Virus record (IMG/VR): IMGVR_UViG_3300001528_000580
Coordinates: 320,001 to 384,000 of that record
DNA: 64,000 bases
DNA from: a virus
Lineage: Duplodnaviria > Caudoviricetes
Direction: 5' to 3' (one strand)
Below the pieces are notes generated by a model. It searched no databases. It was not told the DNA's origin and saw nothing but the letters and a program-made list of their open reading frames with translations. Positions 61,172-64,000 of this stretch are shown here, piece by piece. Position 1 is the first letter of the stretch; each line of letters opens with the position of its first letter. A program made the translations under genes and the position numbers.

Positions 61172-61210
61172 AAAAAAGCGTATGTTGAGATATTATCCCA
61201 ATATACGCCT
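61172..61210 (-). terminator. Rho-independent terminator
   Basis: GCGTATATTGGGAT/ATCTCAACATACGC imperfect hairpin plus T run. Confidence 0.65.
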
Positions 61211-61225
61211 ATATTTTAATTTAGA

Positions 61226-62182
61226 TTAAAATGGGATGTCATCCTCATCTTCTGTTTCCATAGCACTATCAACATTTTTTGTTGGTTTGCTTGCTTTACT
61301 TGATGTAGTTGATGAACTCTTTGTTTGCTTATTAGAACCATTGATAATATCTGAAAATGTTGGATCATTCAACATATCAACATACTTATCTAATAAATTA
61401 GCCATTACCAACTCATTAGGAACTTGTTTGCCACAAATTTCAAATAAATTAGGAACTTCAATTGCTCTTTCTTCATCTGTTAATGGTGTTTCAACAACTT
61501 GTCTACCATTCATTTTTAACTGAACAGTATATGTTGCCTTGTTTCCATCAATTTTCTTAACAACCAAATCACATCCTTTATCTTCTGAAAATATATCATC
61601 ATCTCCATATGCTTCTTGAGCGGCACAAAGCTGTTCAAACATTGTTTTTTGGAAAGTCATTAATTTATATCCAGCCAACTCTTTTGGTTCTTTAATAGTT
61701 GTTCTACCATTTATTGTTTCTAACACATATGGTGAATCTCTATCAAAACCTAACCAACGATATTGAAGTGATGGATTTGTTCTACTCTTAATAAGTTCCC
61801 ACTCTTTAAGTGATTCTGCTGGAACTCCTTGTTCTTGACCAACCCTAATCATTTCTCTAGCAATTTTATTCAAATTGAATAGCACATCACCATTATCTTT
61901 CCATTCCTCTGATTCAATATCCCAATTGGCACAGTTTATTACCTTTGGAATTGCATTTTCATTTGTTTCTCTATCAAATGCATCCTTATTAAATATATCA
62001 ATTGGACTATAAATACTCTTTGGTAAATAATAAGTTCTTGTAACAATTGGCTTACCTACCAATCTAATATTATTATCTCCTGATTTCCAATTGTAATAAG
62101 TAATTGATCTTGTAAAATTTCCATTACCTTTTTGATTACCATTTGAACTATACTTGTTCTTCATGTCAGTTAAAAGACTCAT
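61226..62182 (-). CDS. Phage single-stranded DNA-binding protein (gp32-like) with bacterial-type DDIPF tail
   Basis: GDNNIRLV, GCDLVVKK, acidic EDEDDIPF end; next to recA. Confidence 0.75.
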   Translation of the reverse strand: MSLLTDMKNKYSSNGNQKGNGNFTRSITYYNWKSGDNNIRLVGKPIVTRTYYLPKSIYSPIDIFNKDAFDRETNENAIPKVINCANWDIESEEWKDNGDVLFNLNKIAREMIRVGQEQGVPAESLKEWELIKSRTNPSLQYRWLGFDRDSPYVLETINGRTTIKEPKELAGYKLMTFQKTMFEQLCAAQEAYGDDDIFSEDKGCDLVVKKIDGNKATYTVQLKMNGRQVVETPLTDEERAIEVPNLFEICGKQVPNELVMANLLDKYVDMLNDPTFSDIINGSNKQTKSSSTTSSKASKPTKNVDSAMETEDEDDIPF

Positions 62183-62237
62183 AATTTTTTTCCTTTATTG
62201 TGTGTTATCTGTGTTTTTTTCTACGAGTGTTTAAATA

Positions 62238-62735
62238 TTATTTTATATTTATACTATCATCTAATTTTATAAAGCCTGCACATACTAGATTAGTAATATT
62301 GTTTAATGTATAACTTTTCTGTTTCCATGCTTCATAATACTGTTCTACCGAATTACATTGTTCTTCAATTTCACATATTTTTCTATCAAACTCCTCAAAT
62401 ATTTTAGAATTTGCCATCAATGCCATCGTTTCTGCCTCTCTAACTGTTGGCTTTGAAGATGATTTTGATGATTGTTTTTGTAAAGAAAGCATTGCTCTAT
62501 CTATACATTCCGAAAGTTTTTTATTTCTTTCACTACATATTTTATTTAATTCTTGTTTAAGACTTTTATAAATAACTCCATAATATGCAGTTCCGGCAGA
62601 TTGTTTTTGTAAATGTTCAACAAAATTTTCTTCATTAACAATCAATGCACGACTATCAAAATTTTCTAACTTAATACCACAAACTTCTACATTTGAAGTA
62701 TCTTTCAAAAATTTACTTACATCCATTCTATCCAT
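62238..62735 (-). CDS. UvsY-like recombination mediator
   Basis: Helical protein, Q..AYYG..KPTV..EAWKQKSYTL; beside SSB and recA. Confidence 0.55.
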   Translation of the reverse strand: MDRMDVSKFLKDTSNVEVCGIKLENFDSRALIVNEENFVEHLQKQSAGTAYYGVIYKSLKQELNKICSERNKKLSECIDRAMLSLQKQSSKSSSKPTVREAETMALMANSKIFEEFDRKICEIEEQCNSVEQYYEAWKQKSYTLNNITNLVCAGFIKLDDSINIK

Positions 62736-62804
62736 TTATTATTTCCTCTTTATAAACATTAATATAACATTATTTTTCAATAAGTCAAATTAATTTCTAA
62801 AAAT

Positions 62805-63497
62805 TTATTTTCTCAATATTTTTTCTAACTTTTCTATTGTTTCTGTATCGTTATTAGACAAACAAAATTCTTTTGTAGCTTTATATGCTGCACGTAATGT
62901 TATCTCATTTCTCGCTAATTTAATAATTAACTGTGCAATTTCCTTACTATTGAATATTGAATATAATTCTTTCAATACACCAACAACAGCAGTTCTTTTT
63001 TCTGTTTCTATACCATCTTTTCTTCTTGACAAAAATATATCTCTTTTTATATATAAAAATTTATCTATCATATTCGCAGACATACAAAAATTTACATTTG
63101 GCGGTAATAACTTCTGATTTGATTTATCCATAAAAAATTCATTGAACAACCACTCGACATATTCATCAACCGAACCATATGCATCTAATATTTTCTTTAT
63201 TTGCATACTATATATTTTCATAGAAATTCCATTAAATACTTCTTTAAATTCAGAACCAGTTAATTTTTCATACTCTCTTGTAAATAGTCCAATAAATCTT
63301 TGCGCTCCCTTCATTTCATTTGTTGCTTTATCCTTTGTTTCAATAATTTGAGGATTTTTTTCAACAATATCCATTAAATCAATTAGATCTTTTATTGCAT
63401 TTTGAATACTTTTATCCATTTTTTTAAAATATGGATCGCTTCTCCAAACAAGTAAATGTTGCTTTATCTCAACAGGTAATTCAATTACACGTAACAT
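62805..63497 (-). CDS. Hypothetical protein
   Basis: Co-oriented 230-aa ORF with GGAG RBS. Confidence 0.75.
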   Translation of the reverse strand: MLRVIELPVEIKQHLLVWRSDPYFKKMDKSIQNAIKDLIDLMDIVEKNPQIIETKDKATNEMKGAQRFIGLFTREYEKLTGSEFKEVFNGISMKIYSMQIKKILDAYGSVDEYVEWLFNEFFMDKSNQKLLPPNVNFCMSANMIDKFLYIKRDIFLSRRKDGIETEKRTAVVGVLKELYSIFNSKEIAQLIIKLARNEITLRAAYKATKEFCLSNNDTETIEKLEKILRK

Positions 63498-63999
63498 TAT
63501 CCATATCTCCTTTGCTTTTTATAAAGTCAATGCACATTTTATAAGTTCTCGGATCTGCATATGATTTTATATAATCTATTTTACAAATCATATCATTATA
63601 ATCTTTTATACATAAATCTAGTAACATTTCAATTGTTTTTTTGTCAAATATACCGATATTATGCATTAATTCAGCGCACCTTGCGTTTACATTATAATAT
63701 AACTGCGTTTCTAACAAATTCAAGTTATTTTCAATATTAATTTCTTTGTGTTTTGCAATTTCTTTTATCACAGATAATAACCTAAAAATATCTTTTCTTG
63801 TGCTTCCAATGTATGAACCAATTTTTTTAACCATTCTGTTTTGAAAAATTAGAAAATATACAAAAAAATCAAATTCTTCATTCAAATCAAGATAATATTT
63901 TGAACTAATCATATCTTTAAATTCAAAATATGCTGGATGATATACCTTATATCCAGAATAATAAGAACATAACCATGATAATGCTATCCAAGAAAAATC
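63481..63999 (-). CDS. Hypothetical protein, 5' end off the window
   Basis: Frame stays open upstream of the track's ATG at 63912 (DFSWIALSWLCSYYSGYKVYHPAYFEFKD-MISS). Confidence 0.75.
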   Translation of the reverse strand, partial: DFSWIALSWLCSYYSGYKVYHPAYFEFKDMISSKYYLDLNEEFDFFVYFLIFQNRMVKKIGSYIGSTRKDIFRLLSVIKEIAKHKEINIENNLNLLETQLYYNVNARCAELMHNIGIFDKKTIEMLLDLCIKDYNDMICKIDYIKSYADPRTYKMCIDFIKSKGDMDNVTCN

Positions 64000-64000
64000 A

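Noticed and set aside
2522-63351. Short plus-strand ORFs in the track (2522, 5471, 5918, 9028, 14779, 21493, 40176, 53110, 61236 and others) and minus-strand 7272, 28768, 30997
   Set aside because: They are antisense or alternate-frame shadows of well-supported genes and have no recognisable motifs.
1-64000. Stop-codon reassignment
   Set aside because: ORFs up to 3165 aa are intact in the standard code, TAG and TGA end genes normally, and no suppressor tRNA is present.
1-64000. CRISPR array or diversity-generating retroelement
   Set aside because: No regularly spaced repeats, cas genes, reverse transcriptase or template/variable repeat pair seen; the repeats present are protein-level or promoter duplicates.
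1-64000. Bacterial chromosome origin, suggested by groEL, recA, thyX and tRNAs
   Set aside because: Single-strand gene packing, gp32/UvsY-like genes, giant virion-like proteins, homing endonucleases, divergent tRNAs and a split-intein gene fit a large phage better. No capsid or terminase gene is in the window, so this remains an inference.

Overview
Very AT-rich segment of what appears to be a large (jumbo-type) dsDNA phage genome. It is read in the standard code and almost entirely on the minus strand. From left to right it contains: groEL (partial) and groES behind a sigma54-like promoter; an LRR protein, patatin, lipoprotein and an atypical K+-channel-like gene; ten CCA-encoding tRNA genes interrupted by a free-standing endonuclease; six orphan DNA methyltransferases; a glycosyltransferase/methyltransferase cluster; a Ro60/TROVE protein; about 31 kb of probable virion (tail/baseplate) genes up to 3165 aa; an IMPDH/GMP reductase split by a split intein around an endonuclease gene; and thyX, an SbcD-like nuclease, recA, SSB and a UvsY-like gene. 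The top finding is an unannotated 32-codon leader ORF (10039..9941) in front of the tRNA operon. 18 of its first 20 codons specify the nine amino acids whose tRNAs lie downstream, and it is coupled to mutually exclusive terminator and antiterminator helices. This looks like a ribosome-mediated attenuator that turns on phage tRNAs when those tRNA pools fail. All calls come from reading the sequence by eye; no searches or folding programs were run.
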